Positions 18,735-28,196 of a stretch of DNA of 64,000 nt are shown in pieces (the first letter of the stretch is position 1; every line of letters starts with the position of its first letter). Source of the DNA: Gemmatimonadota bacterium (lineage in GTDB: Bacteria; Gemmatimonadota; Gemmatimonadetes; Longimicrobiales; Gaopeijiaceae); contig JAXHMG010000003.1 of the NCBI GenBank assembly GCA_034521595.1, forward strand, positions 864,001-928,000, in the 5' to 3' direction. The translations under genes were made by a program, and so were the position numbers. The notes beneath the pieces are model-generated. The model was not told the DNA's origin. It saw nothing but the letters and a program-made list of their open reading frames with translations, and searched no databases.

Positions 18735-19894
18735 TCCGCACGAGTGCCCGCTACGGAAGGCTCCCCGCCTTCCCGCTGGCACAGATGAAAGCGACCCGGG
18801 CGCAGCTCGAGAGCGAAGGGGTCGACGTGATCGACCTGGGCGCGGGAGATTCGGGGCTCCCACCGCCGCCGGCGGCGGTGTCACGCCTCCGCGAGGTGTC
18901 TGAAGACCCGACCTACTCCAGCTATCCGTTCCAGCGCGGATTGCCCGAGTTCAGGGAGGCCGTGTCCCGCTGGATGAAGCGTCGGTTCGGGCTGGACGTG
19001 GATCCGTGGACCGAAGTGCTTCCGCTCATCGGCTCCAAGGACGGGATCGCCCACATGCCCTTCGCGTTCATGGATCCGGGCGAGGTGGGCATCATCCCGG
19101 ATCCGGGCTATACGCCGTACGTGGGCGGCGTGACGCTGGCGGGGGGCGAGCCCCACCTGGTTCCCCTGCGACCGGAGCACGACTTCCTCATACCGCTGTC
19201 GGAGGTTCCGGACGACGTCGCGGCACGGACCCGGATCCTCTACCTGAACTATCCGAACAACCCGACGACCGCGGTGGCCCCGGACGCGTATTACCGGGAA
19301 GCGATCGACTTCTGCCGCGAACGGGGCGCGCTTCTCGCGCACGACCATGCGTACTCGGAGCTCGCTTTCGATGGCTACCGACCCTCCAGCGTGCTCGAAT
19401 TCGACGGGGCGGGGGAGGTCGCGCTCGAGTTCCACTCGCTGTCCAAGACGTACAACATGACCGGATGGCGACTGGGCTGGGCGGTGGGTCGGCCGGAGCT
19501 CATCGCGGCGCTCCAGACCGTGAAGACGTTCGTCGACACCGGACAGTTTCTGGCCGTCCAAGCCGCCGGCGCCGCCGCGCTCGATGCGTGGGACACGTGG
19601 GTCCCGGGGAACGTGGCGACGTTTCAGCGCCGCAGGGACGCGCTGGTGGAGGCGCTTCGGCGCGCCGGCTTCGACGTAGCGCTCCCGCGGGCCACGATGT
19701 ACGTCTGGGTTCCCTTGCCCGAAGGGATCGGCTCGTCCGAGGAGTTCGCGCGTCAAGCTCTTGAAGAGCAGGGCGTGATGGTGCTCCCGGGCGCCACGCT
19801 CGGCAAGGGTGGTGAAGGATTCTTCCGGGCGGCTCTCACCGCTTCCGAAGATCGCCTCGCGGAAGCGGGACGTCGGCTCGGAGCCCTGCTCTGA
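18731..19894 (+). CDS. PLP-dependent class I/II aminotransferase (LL-diaminopimelate aminotransferase-like)
   Basis: LIGSKDG, LNYPNNPT, DHAYSEL, HSLSKTYNMTGWRLG; ATGA overlap with the upstream gene. Confidence 0.9.
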   Translation: MIRTSARYGRLPAFPLAQMKATRAQLESEGVDVIDLGAGDSGLPPPPAAVSRLREVSEDPTYSSYPFQRGLPEFREAVSRWMKRRFGLDVDPWTEVLPLIGSKDGIAHMPFAFMDPGEVGIIPDPGYTPYVGGVTLAGGEPHLVPLRPEHDFLIPLSEVPDDVAARTRILYLNYPNNPTTAVAPDAYYREAIDFCRERGALLAHDHAYSELAFDGYRPSSVLEFDGAGEVALEFHSLSKTYNMTGWRLGWAVGRPELIAALQTVKTFVDTGQFLAVQAAGAAALDAWDTWVPGNVATFQRRRDALVEALRRAGFDVALPRATMYVWVPLPEGIGSSEEFARQALEEQGVMVLPGATLGKGGEGFFRAALTASEDRLAEAGRRLGALL

Positions 19895-19955
19895 GGGGGC
19901 GGACCCCCGAAAACCGCCCGAGGAACTGCATTTCCGGCGCGGGTTAGCAGGCTAC

Positions 19956-20783
19956 ATGATCGATCGGGCCGGCGGCGACGATACTTCCTCGGACCGGAGC
20001 GCCGCCACCCGGCGTCCGGATCACGGGTCACGCCGACTCGTGTGGACCGCCATCGGCTTTTCGGCGGTGCTCCACCTCATCGCCATCGCCATCTATCCGG
20101 TTCTTTTCGACCGCCTCAGGCCCGAGGCCGTCTCGTTCCCCCTCGACCCGGAGACGAGCGAGCCGCAAGGCGTCGAGCTCATGCAGTTGGTCGAGCTCGA
20201 CGACAGCGAGGCGGGCGAGCCACCGGAGGAACCCGAGTACGCGGCCGATCCGGTGGTGCCGGGCATGCGCTTCGATCTCCCCCCGCTGAACGAAGGAGTG
20301 GAGGTGGAGCTCGCGCCGCCCCCTTCGAACGCGGCCGAGCGTCTGCGCCCGAATCTCACGAATACCCGGCTTTGGGCTCCGCTGAGCCGCGTGCTCGGTG
20401 AGCTCACACCCGCGCGGCGGGAGGAGCTGTTGGTCTCGGGCCGCCTCCAGGAGTGGTACGATTCGGTGCGCGTCGCCGAGGACGAGGAGCGCGCCCTCAC
20501 GGACTGGACCTTCACCGACGACGAGGGCGGGCGTTGGGGCGTGAGCGACGGGCGGATCCACCTCGGCGACTACTCGCTGCCGCTTCCGTTCGACTTCGGT
20601 GTGACGCCGTCGGAGCGGGCCGAGGTGAATCGACGCCTCGACCAGTGGGAAGCGATCGAGCGCCAGGGCCGGAGAATGGAGATACGGGACTCCTGGCGGG
20701 CGCGCTCCGAAGCGATCCGCGAGCGGCGGGATCGCGAGCGCGCGGCCGGAGACTCCACGGGGGGCGGCCCGGACTCGCGATGA
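19956..20783 (+). CDS. Hypothetical membrane-anchored protein (TonB-like N-terminal anchor)
   Basis: TM helix SAVLHLIAI, Pro/Glu-rich linker, DWTFTDDEGGRWGVSDGRIHLG domain. Confidence 0.7.
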   Translation: MIDRAGGDDTSSDRSAATRRPDHGSRRLVWTAIGFSAVLHLIAIAIYPVLFDRLRPEAVSFPLDPETSEPQGVELMQLVELDDSEAGEPPEEPEYAADPVVPGMRFDLPPLNEGVEVELAPPPSNAAERLRPNLTNTRLWAPLSRVLGELTPARREELLVSGRLQEWYDSVRVAEDEERALTDWTFTDDEGGRWGVSDGRIHLGDYSLPLPFDFGVTPSERAEVNRRLDQWEAIERQGRRMEIRDSWRARSEAIRERRDRERAAGDSTGGGPDSR

Positions 20784-20870
20784 GGTGATGCCCGTCGCCG
20801 GGTTCCGAAGCTTCGCCGGGCTCGCCATCTTCTGACGTTCCGTGACGTCTGTCTGCCTCGTCCCTTCCAC

Positions 20871-23654
20871 ATGCGAACGCCCGTGAGTCACGAGCTCGCC
20901 CCCCGCCTCGATCCCGGTGCCATCGAGCCCGCCCGTTACCGTGCCTGGCTCGAGGGAGGCTATTTCCACGTGCCGGCGTCCGCCGTCCTGGAGGAGGGAC
21001 GAGAGCCGTACGTCATCGTCATCCCGCCGCCCAACGTCACGGCGGTGCTCCACATGGGGCACGGGCTGAACAACACCGTCCAGGACGTGCTCATCCGGTG
21101 GCGCCGAATGCAGGGGCGCGCCGCGCTCTGGGTGCCCGGCACCGACCACGCGGGCATCGCCACGCAGAACGTGGTGGAGCGTCAGCTCGCAGCCGAGGGG
21201 CTTCACCGGGAGGACCTCGGCCGGGAGGCGTTCGTGGAGCGTGTCTGGAGCTTCGTCAACGAGACGGGCGGGGTGATCCTGGACCAGCTCAAGGCGATCG
21301 GGGCTTCGCTGGACTGGGAACGCACCCGCTTCACCCTCGATCCCGAGCTCAGCCGCGCGGTTCGCGAGGTCTTCGTGCACCTGTACGAGAAGGACCTCAT
21401 CTACCGGGGCGAGTACATCATCAACTGGTGCCCGCGCTGCCTCACCGCGCTCTCGAACGAGGAGGCTGAAGGTGCGGAGAGCGTCGGCTCGCTCTGGCAT
21501 TTCCGGTACCCTGTGGCGCCCGAGGCCCAGGAGGCCGCGGAAGCCGCGCACCGGGCGAGCGCCGAGAGTGACCGACCGGGCGCCATCGGTCGCTTCGAGG
21601 ATGGCCGCTGGTACGTGACGGTCTCGACGACCCGGCCCGAGACCATGCTCGGCGACACGGGCGTGGCCGTACATCCCGATGATGAGCGATATGGGGCCCT
21701 CGTCGGGGCCGAGGTCGAGCTCCCGTTGACGGGTCGCCGCATTCCCGTGGTCGCGGACGTCCATGTCGACCCGTCGTTCGGCTCGGGGATGGTCAAGGTC
21801 ACCCCCGCGCACGACATCAACGACTTCGAGATCGCGGGCCGTACCGGCCTGGAGATCCTCGACGTCATGAACCCGGACGCGACCTTGAACGAGGAGGTCC
21901 CCGAGCGGTTCCGGGGCTTGGATCGGTCCGAGGCCCGCGAGCGTGTCCTCGGCGCCCTCGACGAAGCGGGGCTCCTGGTCGACCGTGAGGAGCACACCTA
22001 TTCGGTCCCGCAGTGCTATCGGTGCGACACCGTGGTCGAGCCGAGGCTCTCGGATCAGTGGTTCGTGCGCATGGAACCGCTCGCCCAGCCGGCTCTGGCG
22101 GCGGCTAGGGACGGAAGCATCTCGTTTACCCCGGCCCACTGGAAGCGCGTCTACGAGCACTGGATGGAGAACATCCGGGACTGGTGCATCTCCCGTCAGC
22201 TCTGGTGGGGCCACCGCATTCCCGTCTGGTACTGCTCCTGTGGCGAGGTGATCGTCGCCCGCGAGGACCCGGACCGCTGTCCTCAGTGCGGCAGCACCGA
22301 GCTCGAACAGGACCCGGACGTTCTCGATACCTGGTTCAGCTCGCAGCTCTGGCCGTTCTCGGTCTTCGGGTGGCCCGAGGAAACCGACGACCTCGAGGCC
22401 TTCTATCCGGGCCACGCCATGGTCACGGCGCCGGAGATCCTGTTCTTCTGGGTCGCGCGCATGGTCATGATGGGCTACGAGTTCCACGGGGAGGCGCCGT
22501 TCAGCCAGATCTACCTGCACGGAACGGTCCGGGACGCGCACGGGCGCAAGATGTCGAAATCGCTCGGCAACGGAATCGACCCGCTCGACGTCGTGGAGCG
22601 GTTCGGCGCGGACGCGATGCGCTACACGATCGTCAGCCAATGCGCGGTCGGCACGGACATCAGCCTGGACCACGAGGACGTGGAAGGAGCGTTCGCGAAC
22701 GGGCGAAACTTCGCGAACAAGATCTGGAACGCCGGACGCTTCGCCCTGATGAGTCTCGGCGAGGAGCCCGTGCGGCCCCTCGAGGACGTGGAGGGTGACC
22801 TCCGGCTCGAAGATCGCTGGATCCTGACCCGCACGACCCGGGCCGGCCGCAGCGCGACCCGGGCGCTCGAGCGGTTCCGCCTTCACGACGCCGCGGAGAG
22901 TCTGTACCACTATTTCTGGGGCGACGTCTGCGACTGGTACCTGGAAGTCGTCAAAGGTCGGCTGGGACCCGATGCCGATCCGGCGAGCCGCGAAGCGGCC
23001 CGCTCCACGCTGGTGACCGTGCTCGACCGTGCGCTGCGGCTCCTGCATCCGGTCGTGCCGTTCGTCACGGCGGAGCTGTGGTCGAAGCTTCCCTGGCCGG
23101 ACGGGCTCGAGCGTCCGGACGACCTCATCATCGCGCCGTGGCCCGACGGTGCCGACGGCTTCGAGGATGCTGACGCGGAAGGCAGGATGGACGACGTGCG
23201 CGCGTTCGTCGTCGAGGTCCGACGGCTCCGAAAGGAGTACGGCATTCCCGAGGGTCAGCGCATCACGGTGCACGTGACCGGCGGGCCGGAGAGCTTCACG
23301 CCCGCGCTCGAGAACCAGGCCACTGCGCTCGAGCGGCTCGCCCGCGTGGAGCGGGTCGACTCCGTGGGAGCGTCGGGCGTGGGGGGGCATGCCGTGCTCG
23401 AAAACGGCGCCGAGCTGTTCGTGCCCCTCGAGGGCGTGATCGACATCGCCCGTGAGGTCGAGCGGCTCCAGGACGAGATCGCTCGCTTGGATAAGCAACT
23501 CGAGGGTACGCGCGCCCGACTGGCCAACGAAAAGTTCACGTCGAACGCGCCCCCCGAGGTCGTGCAGAAGGAGCGGGACAAGGCCGCCCAGCTCGAGGAG
23601 CAGGAGAGCAAGCTGCGCGAGAAGCTGGAGGGGCTGGAGGCGGGCGCGTCCTGA
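20871..23654 (+). CDS. valS: Valine--tRNA ligase
   Basis: PPPNVT..LHMGH, TTRPETMLGD, DWCISRQLWWGH, KMSKS, C-terminal coiled coil. Confidence 0.98.
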   Translation: MRTPVSHELAPRLDPGAIEPARYRAWLEGGYFHVPASAVLEEGREPYVIVIPPPNVTAVLHMGHGLNNTVQDVLIRWRRMQGRAALWVPGTDHAGIATQNVVERQLAAEGLHREDLGREAFVERVWSFVNETGGVILDQLKAIGASLDWERTRFTLDPELSRAVREVFVHLYEKDLIYRGEYIINWCPRCLTALSNEEAEGAESVGSLWHFRYPVAPEAQEAAEAAHRASAESDRPGAIGRFEDGRWYVTVSTTRPETMLGDTGVAVHPDDERYGALVGAEVELPLTGRRIPVVADVHVDPSFGSGMVKVTPAHDINDFEIAGRTGLEILDVMNPDATLNEEVPERFRGLDRSEARERVLGALDEAGLLVDREEHTYSVPQCYRCDTVVEPRLSDQWFVRMEPLAQPALAAARDGSISFTPAHWKRVYEHWMENIRDWCISRQLWWGHRIPVWYCSCGEVIVAREDPDRCPQCGSTELEQDPDVLDTWFSSQLWPFSVFGWPEETDDLEAFYPGHAMVTAPEILFFWVARMVMMGYEFHGEAPFSQIYLHGTVRDAHGRKMSKSLGNGIDPLDVVERFGADAMRYTIVSQCAVGTDISLDHEDVEGAFANGRNFANKIWNAGRFALMSLGEEPVRPLEDVEGDLRLEDRWILTRTTRAGRSATRALERFRLHDAAESLYHYFWGDVCDWYLEVVKGRLGPDADPASREAARSTLVTVLDRALRLLHPVVPFVTAELWSKLPWPDGLERPDDLIIAPWPDGADGFEDADAEGRMDDVRAFVVEVRRLRKEYGIPEGQRITVHVTGGPESFTPALENQATALERLARVERVDSVGASGVGGHAVLENGAELFVPLEGVIDIAREVERLQDEIARLDKQLEGTRARLANEKFTSNAPPEVVQKERDKAAQLEEQESKLREKLEGLEAGAS

Positions 23655-23656
23655 CG

Positions 23657-25084
23657 ATGGGGAGTGGAGCGCGCCGGGGATGGCCGGCCGTCGCCGGCCG
23701 CTGGTCCGTGCTCGCCGGCGCGGTCGCGTTGGCGGGAGCGAGCGGCTGTGCCCGGCAGAGCGCGCCCCCCGGAGGGCCGCCGGACAACCGCCCGCCCGTG
23801 GTGACCGCCACGGTGCCGGAGGCCTTCGACGACGTGCCCGACTTCGAAGGCCCGGTTCGCTTCGAGTTCAACGAGCGCATCAGCGAGCAGGCGGGGGCCG
23901 GCGCGTTGGACGAGGCCGTCACGGTCTCGCCCGCCACGGGCGAAGTCCGGGTCAGTCACGGGAGAAGCAGCCTCTCCGTCGACGTCGAAGGGGGCTTTCA
24001 CCCGAACGTCGTATACCGGATCACCTTGCACGCGGTCGTCCGTGACATGTTCGGGAACGCGCTCCGCGATCCCTTCGAGCTCGTTTTCACGACCGGTGCC
24101 GAAGCCGAGCCCACCACGGTGGCCGGCGAGGTCTGGGACCGGATCACTGGTCAAGGGATGTCCGGGTTGAGGCTGCACGCCGTCGGACCCGACACGCTCC
24201 CGCACGTGGCCGTCTCGGGCCAAGACGGGATCTATGCGTTCCGCTACCTGCCCGGAGGAAGCTACACGGTGCGGGCGTTCGACGACGTGGATCGCGACCG
24301 GGAGGCGGGGCCCAACGAGTTGCAGGGCCGGGTCGAGGTCACGGTCGAGCCGGCCGACACCGCGTTCGTCGACGTGCCCGTCCTCACGCCGGATACCACG
24401 GCGGCGGTGCTGCTCGGGGCGGAGGCACTCGATTCCGTGACTCTGGCGCTCCGCTTCGACGACTACCTGGATCCCGGCGCGTCGCTGGACGAAGCCGAGA
24501 TCGAGCTCGAGGCGCCCATGAACGGAACGGCCCCGACTCCGGCCCGGCGCTTTCACGAGGAAGCCTACCGCGACTACGTGGAGATGGTATCCGACTCCCT
24601 GGCCCGCGTGGACTCGATCGCTCGGGCCAACGCGGTCGAGCCCCTGCCCGTCGCCGAGCCCCTCGACCGGTTGGGACCGGACGACCCGGACGCGGCTCCC
24701 GAGCCCGACACGGTCACGGGTCCTGACGGCGTCCCTGCTCCGGACAGCCTCACCGACACGCTCACCGACACGCCCACCGACCCGGTCGCTCCGGCCGTCC
24801 CCGAGAGGCGGGGGCCTCCGGAGCTCGAGGGGCCTGACGCGCCGGGAGCCGCGGCTGCCCGGGCCCGGGGCAGGGCGCTGCCCGGGAGGCGCATCGTGAT
24901 CGTGCTGGACGAGCCGCTCGAGCAGGAGGTCGTCTACGAGGTCGTGGTGCGCGAGGTCGCGAACGTGAACGGATTGGGCGGCGGAGGAGGAGGGGTGGAG
25001 GTCACGTTCTCGGGGCCCGAAGAGGAGGAAGTCCCACCTGAAGGGGAGGGGCCCGGCACCGCCGAGTCGGGAGGAGGCCGATGA
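23657..25084 (+). CDS. Ig-like (Big_5) domain lipoprotein
   Basis: Lipobox ASGC then ARQSAPPGGPPDNRPP, FEFNERI; Pro/Asp-rich linker. Confidence 0.8.
   Translation: MGSGARRGWPAVAGRWSVLAGAVALAGASGCARQSAPPGGPPDNRPPVVTATVPEAFDDVPDFEGPVRFEFNERISEQAGAGALDEAVTVSPATGEVRVSHGRSSLSVDVEGGFHPNVVYRITLHAVVRDMFGNALRDPFELVFTTGAEAEPTTVAGEVWDRITGQGMSGLRLHAVGPDTLPHVAVSGQDGIYAFRYLPGGSYTVRAFDDVDRDREAGPNELQGRVEVTVEPADTAFVDVPVLTPDTTAAVLLGAEALDSVTLALRFDDYLDPGASLDEAEIELEAPMNGTAPTPARRFHEEAYRDYVEMVSDSLARVDSIARANAVEPLPVAEPLDRLGPDDPDAAPEPDTVTGPDGVPAPDSLTDTLTDTPTDPVAPAVPERRGPPELEGPDAPGAAAARARGRALPGRRIVIVLDEPLEQEVVYEVVVREVANVNGLGGGGGGVEVTFSGPEEEEVPPEGEGPGTAESGGGR
24749..24784 (+). repeat. 12-bp coding tandem repeat, about 3 copies (LTDT LTDT PTDP)
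   Basis: CTCACCGACACG x2 then CCCACCGACCCG. Confidence 0.8.
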
Positions 25085-26478
25085 GCGACCCGCGAAGCTC
25101 GATCCCGTCGGTCGACAAGCTGCTGCTGGAGGCCACCTTCGTGGCGCTCGTGGAAGAGTACGGCCACGACCGTGTCGTGCGGGCGACGCGTGAGGTCATC
25201 GCCACGGTGCGGGCCTCCATCGCTCGGGGTGAGGTGCCGGAGGGGGTCGCCGACCCGGCACGCTACGCCGCTCGGGTGCGCGCGAGCCTCGAAGCCGCGG
25301 ACGTGCCTTCGTTGCGGCCGGTCGTGAACGCGACGGGGGTCGTGTTGCATACCAACCTGGGTCGCGCACCCCTCGCCGACGAGGCGGTTCGGGCGATGTC
25401 GAGGGCGGCGCACGGGTACACGAACCTGGAGTACGACCTGGAGTCCGGGACGAGGGGCTCTCGTTACGTTCACTGTGTTGCCCTGTTGACCGAGCTGACC
25501 GGCGCGGAGGACGCGTTGGTGGTCAACAACGCCGCCGCGGCGCTTCTGCTCGCGTTGAACACGCTGGGCCGGGGAGCGGGCGTGGCCGTGTCCCGCGGCG
25601 AGCTCGTGGAGATCGGAGGGGGCTTCCGGATTCCGGAGATCCTCGAGCGCTCGGGCGCGCGCCTCGTGGAGGTCGGGAGCACCAACCGCACACGCCTGGC
25701 CGACTACCGGGCGGTGCTGGCTCGTGAGGAGCTCCGTGCGGTCCTCAAGGTGCACCGCTCGAATTTCCGGATCACGGGCTTCACCGAAGAAGCGTCCCTC
25801 GAGGCGCTCGTCGAGGCCGCGGGGGAGCACGGAACGCCCCTGATCTATGATGTCGGGTCGGGCCTCATGGTGGATCCGGCGCGGTTGGGGCTCCCCCACG
25901 AGCCGCGTCCCGTGGATGCGGTGGAGGCCGGCGCCGATCTGGTCGTCTTCTCGGGCGACAAGCTCCTGGGCGGCCCTCAGGCCGGGCTCGTGCTCGGCCG
26001 CGCCGAGCTGGTGGAGCGGATGCGAAAGAACCCGCTGTGCCGTGCGGTCAGGGTCGACAAGACCACCCTCGCGGCCCTCGAGGCCACGCTCCGGCAGTAC
26101 CGGGACCCGGATCGTGCGCTGCGAACCCTTCCCACGCTCGTCATGCTGGCGGCCGATCCCGACGATCTGCGGGAGCGAGCGGGCGAGATCGCGCGCCGCC
26201 TCGAAGGCGAAGGGGTTGCATGCGACGTGCGGGAAGTGCGCGGTGCCGTGGGGGGAGGCACGTATCCCGGTGTCGAGCTTCCGTCATGGGCGGTCGTGCC
26301 CCGGGTGCGAGGCTCGGCCCAGGTCGTCTCCGAACGCCTGAGGGTGGGGGGAGAACCGGTCGTGGGACGGATCGTCGACGACCGCCTGGTGCTGGACCTC
26401 CGGACCGTGCTTCCGAGTCAGGACGAGACCCTGGTGCGCCGGATCCGGGCCGTTGCCGCGGAGCCCTCGAGCTCGTGA
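25081..26478 (+). CDS. selA: L-seryl-tRNA(Sec) selenium transferase
   Basis: NATGVVLHTNLGRAPL, SRGELVEIGGGFRIP, EVGSTNRT, PLP-lysine motif FSGDKLLGGPQAG. Confidence 0.97.
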   Translation: MSDPRSSIPSVDKLLLEATFVALVEEYGHDRVVRATREVIATVRASIARGEVPEGVADPARYAARVRASLEAADVPSLRPVVNATGVVLHTNLGRAPLADEAVRAMSRAAHGYTNLEYDLESGTRGSRYVHCVALLTELTGAEDALVVNNAAAALLLALNTLGRGAGVAVSRGELVEIGGGFRIPEILERSGARLVEVGSTNRTRLADYRAVLAREELRAVLKVHRSNFRITGFTEEASLEALVEAAGEHGTPLIYDVGSGLMVDPARLGLPHEPRPVDAVEAGADLVVFSGDKLLGGPQAGLVLGRAELVERMRKNPLCRAVRVDKTTLAALEATLRQYRDPDRALRTLPTLVMLAADPDDLRERAGEIARRLEGEGVACDVREVRGAVGGGTYPGVELPSWAVVPRVRGSAQVVSERLRVGGEPVVGRIVDDRLVLDLRTVLPSQDETLVRRIRAVAAEPSSS

Positions 26479-27041
26479 AGCCTCTCGCGAGCGCTCGGCC
26501 GGCCGTGTTCCTCGACCGGGACGGCACGTTGATCCGGGAACGGTCGTATCTCGCCGACCCCGACGACGTCGAGCTCGTGCCGGGCGCCATCGAGGCCCTC
26601 CACGCCCTGCGGGAGGCGGGCTGGCCTTACGTGATCGTGACCAACCAGTCCGGGATCGCCCGTGGCTTGTACAGTGAAGCGGCCTACCGAGCCGTGGCGG
26701 ATCGCCTCCAGAGCGTGCTCGAAGACGCGGGCGTGCCTCCGGCGGCGACGCGCTATTGTCCGCACCACCCCGACCACACCGGTCCCTGCGACTGCCGCAA
26801 GCCGGCGACCGGCATGTACCGGCGCGCCGCGGCCGAAGCGAACCTCTCCCTCGCCGGCTCGTACTACGTGGGCGACAAGCTCACCGACGTGCTTCCGGCC
26901 CGATCGCTCGGGGGAAGGGGCGTGCTGGTCCGTACCGGATACGGTGCCGAGCAGGAGACCGAGGCTCCGCCTGGAGTCGTGGTCGTCCACGATCTTGCTT
27001 CGGCCGTGCGCTGGATCGTCAACGAGGGCTCACGGCGTTGA
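26475..27041 (+). CDS. gmhB: D-glycero-D-manno-heptose 1,7-bisphosphate phosphatase (HAD-IIIA)
   Basis: FLDRDGTL, TNQSGIARG, CPHHP...CDCRKP, VGDKLTD. Confidence 0.9.
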   Translation: MKPLASARPAVFLDRDGTLIRERSYLADPDDVELVPGAIEALHALREAGWPYVIVTNQSGIARGLYSEAAYRAVADRLQSVLEDAGVPPAATRYCPHHPDHTGPCDCRKPATGMYRRAAAEANLSLAGSYYVGDKLTDVLPARSLGGRGVLVRTGYGAEQETEAPPGVVVVHDLASAVRWIVNEGSRR

Positions 27042-27066
27042 CCCTTTTCGGGGCCGCGGATAGCTT
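27038..27066 (+). promoter_or_regulatory. Sigma-70-type promoter for the erpA operon
   Basis: TTGACC-N17-TAGCTT. Confidence 0.6.
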
Positions 27067-27185
27067 TTGGCAGGATCACCTGAAACCCGTTTTCAACGAG
27101 CGGGTACCAGTGAAGCGAGAGGGCCGAAACGACGGCCCCAACACTTCGAGACCTTCGGTACGGGTCAAAAGAGAGCAGTTCACGC

Positions 27186-27512
27186 ATGCTCACACTTACG
27201 CAAACCGCTTCCGAGAAGGTGCACGAGTTCATCAAGGAGCACGGTGTCGAAGGGGATACCGGGCTGCGGGTGGCCGTGTTGCCGGGAGGCTGCTCGGGCT
27301 TTCAGTACGGCCTGAATATCGAGGAAGCCCCCGAGGACGACGACGAGGTCCTCGACGTGCAAGGCGTTCGGGTCTTCGTGGATCCCTTCAGCGCCCAATA
27401 CCTCGACGGCGTCGAGATCGACTACGTGACGAGCTTCATGGGCCAGGGCTTCTCTTTCCGTAACCCGAACGCCAGCGGTGGCTGCGGGTGCGGAAGCTCG
27501 TTCACGGTTTGA
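27186..27512 (+). CDS. erpA: A-type Fe-S cluster carrier (ErpA/IscA/HesB)
   Basis: GGCSGFQY and NPNASGGCGCGSSF. Confidence 0.93.
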   Translation: MLTLTQTASEKVHEFIKEHGVEGDTGLRVAVLPGGCSGFQYGLNIEEAPEDDDEVLDVQGVRVFVDPFSAQYLDGVEIDYVTSFMGQGFSFRNPNASGGCGCGSSFTV

Positions 27513-27542
27513 CGCGCCGGCCCCGGGGCCGGTAGGCAAGAC

Positions 27543-28196
27543 GTGCGTATCCAGACCTATACCGGCGGAAACTTCGGCCAGAACGCCTACCTCGCCATTT
27601 GCGAGGCGTCCGATGTCGCGGTGGCGATCGATCCGGGCGGGGGCACGGACCGTATGGTGGCCGACCTCGAAGAGCGAGGGCATACCCTCGAGGCCATCGT
27701 GCTCACACACGCCCACCTCGACCACGTCGAAGGCGTGCACCTCGTGCGCCGCTTCGCTCCGGACGTTCCGATCTACCTGCATCCGGACGACTTCGACCTC
27801 TACCGGTCGTTGCCGCAGCAGGCCGCCATGTTCGGTCTAAGAGCGGACCCGCAGCCCGAGCCCACCGACGAGCTCGTTCCCGGCCGACGCTTCGAGTTCG
27901 GGCAGTGCGGCTTCGACATCCGGTTCACGCCCGGGCACGCGCCCGGTCACGTCATCCTCGTGGCGCCCGAGGACGGATTGGCCGTCACCGGAGACGTCGT
28001 CTTCCAGGGCTCGATCGGCCGCACCGACCTTCCGGGCGGCGACTTCAAGACGCTGATGGCCTCGATCCGTCAGGAAGTCCTCTCCCTGCCGGACGAAATC
28101 ACGATGTATCCGGGCCATGGTCCCCCGACGACCGTCGGCGCCGAGCGCGCGACGAACCCGTTCCTGATCCCGCACTACGGCGGCGAGCTGGCGTGA
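27543..28196 (+). CDS. MBL-fold metallo-hydrolase (glyoxalase II-like, YcbL type)
   Basis: THAHLDH, TPGHAPGH, GD..FQGSIGRTDLPGG, PGHGP. Confidence 0.92.
   Translation: MRIQTYTGGNFGQNAYLAICEASDVAVAIDPGGGTDRMVADLEERGHTLEAIVLTHAHLDHVEGVHLVRRFAPDVPIYLHPDDFDLYRSLPQQAAMFGLRADPQPEPTDELVPGRRFEFGQCGFDIRFTPGHAPGHVILVAPEDGLAVTGDVVFQGSIGRTDLPGGDFKTLMASIRQEVLSLPDEITMYPGHGPPTTVGAERATNPFLIPHYGGELA

Noticed and set aside
20784-20870. T-box leader before valS
   Set aside because: Under 90 bp and no T-box consensus or terminator
20028-23498. 1156-aa antisense ORF opposite valS (similar ones oppose purH, susC, the E1 gene and ispG)
   Set aside because: Stop-poor antisense frames are expected from high-GC codon bias; no recognisable motifs
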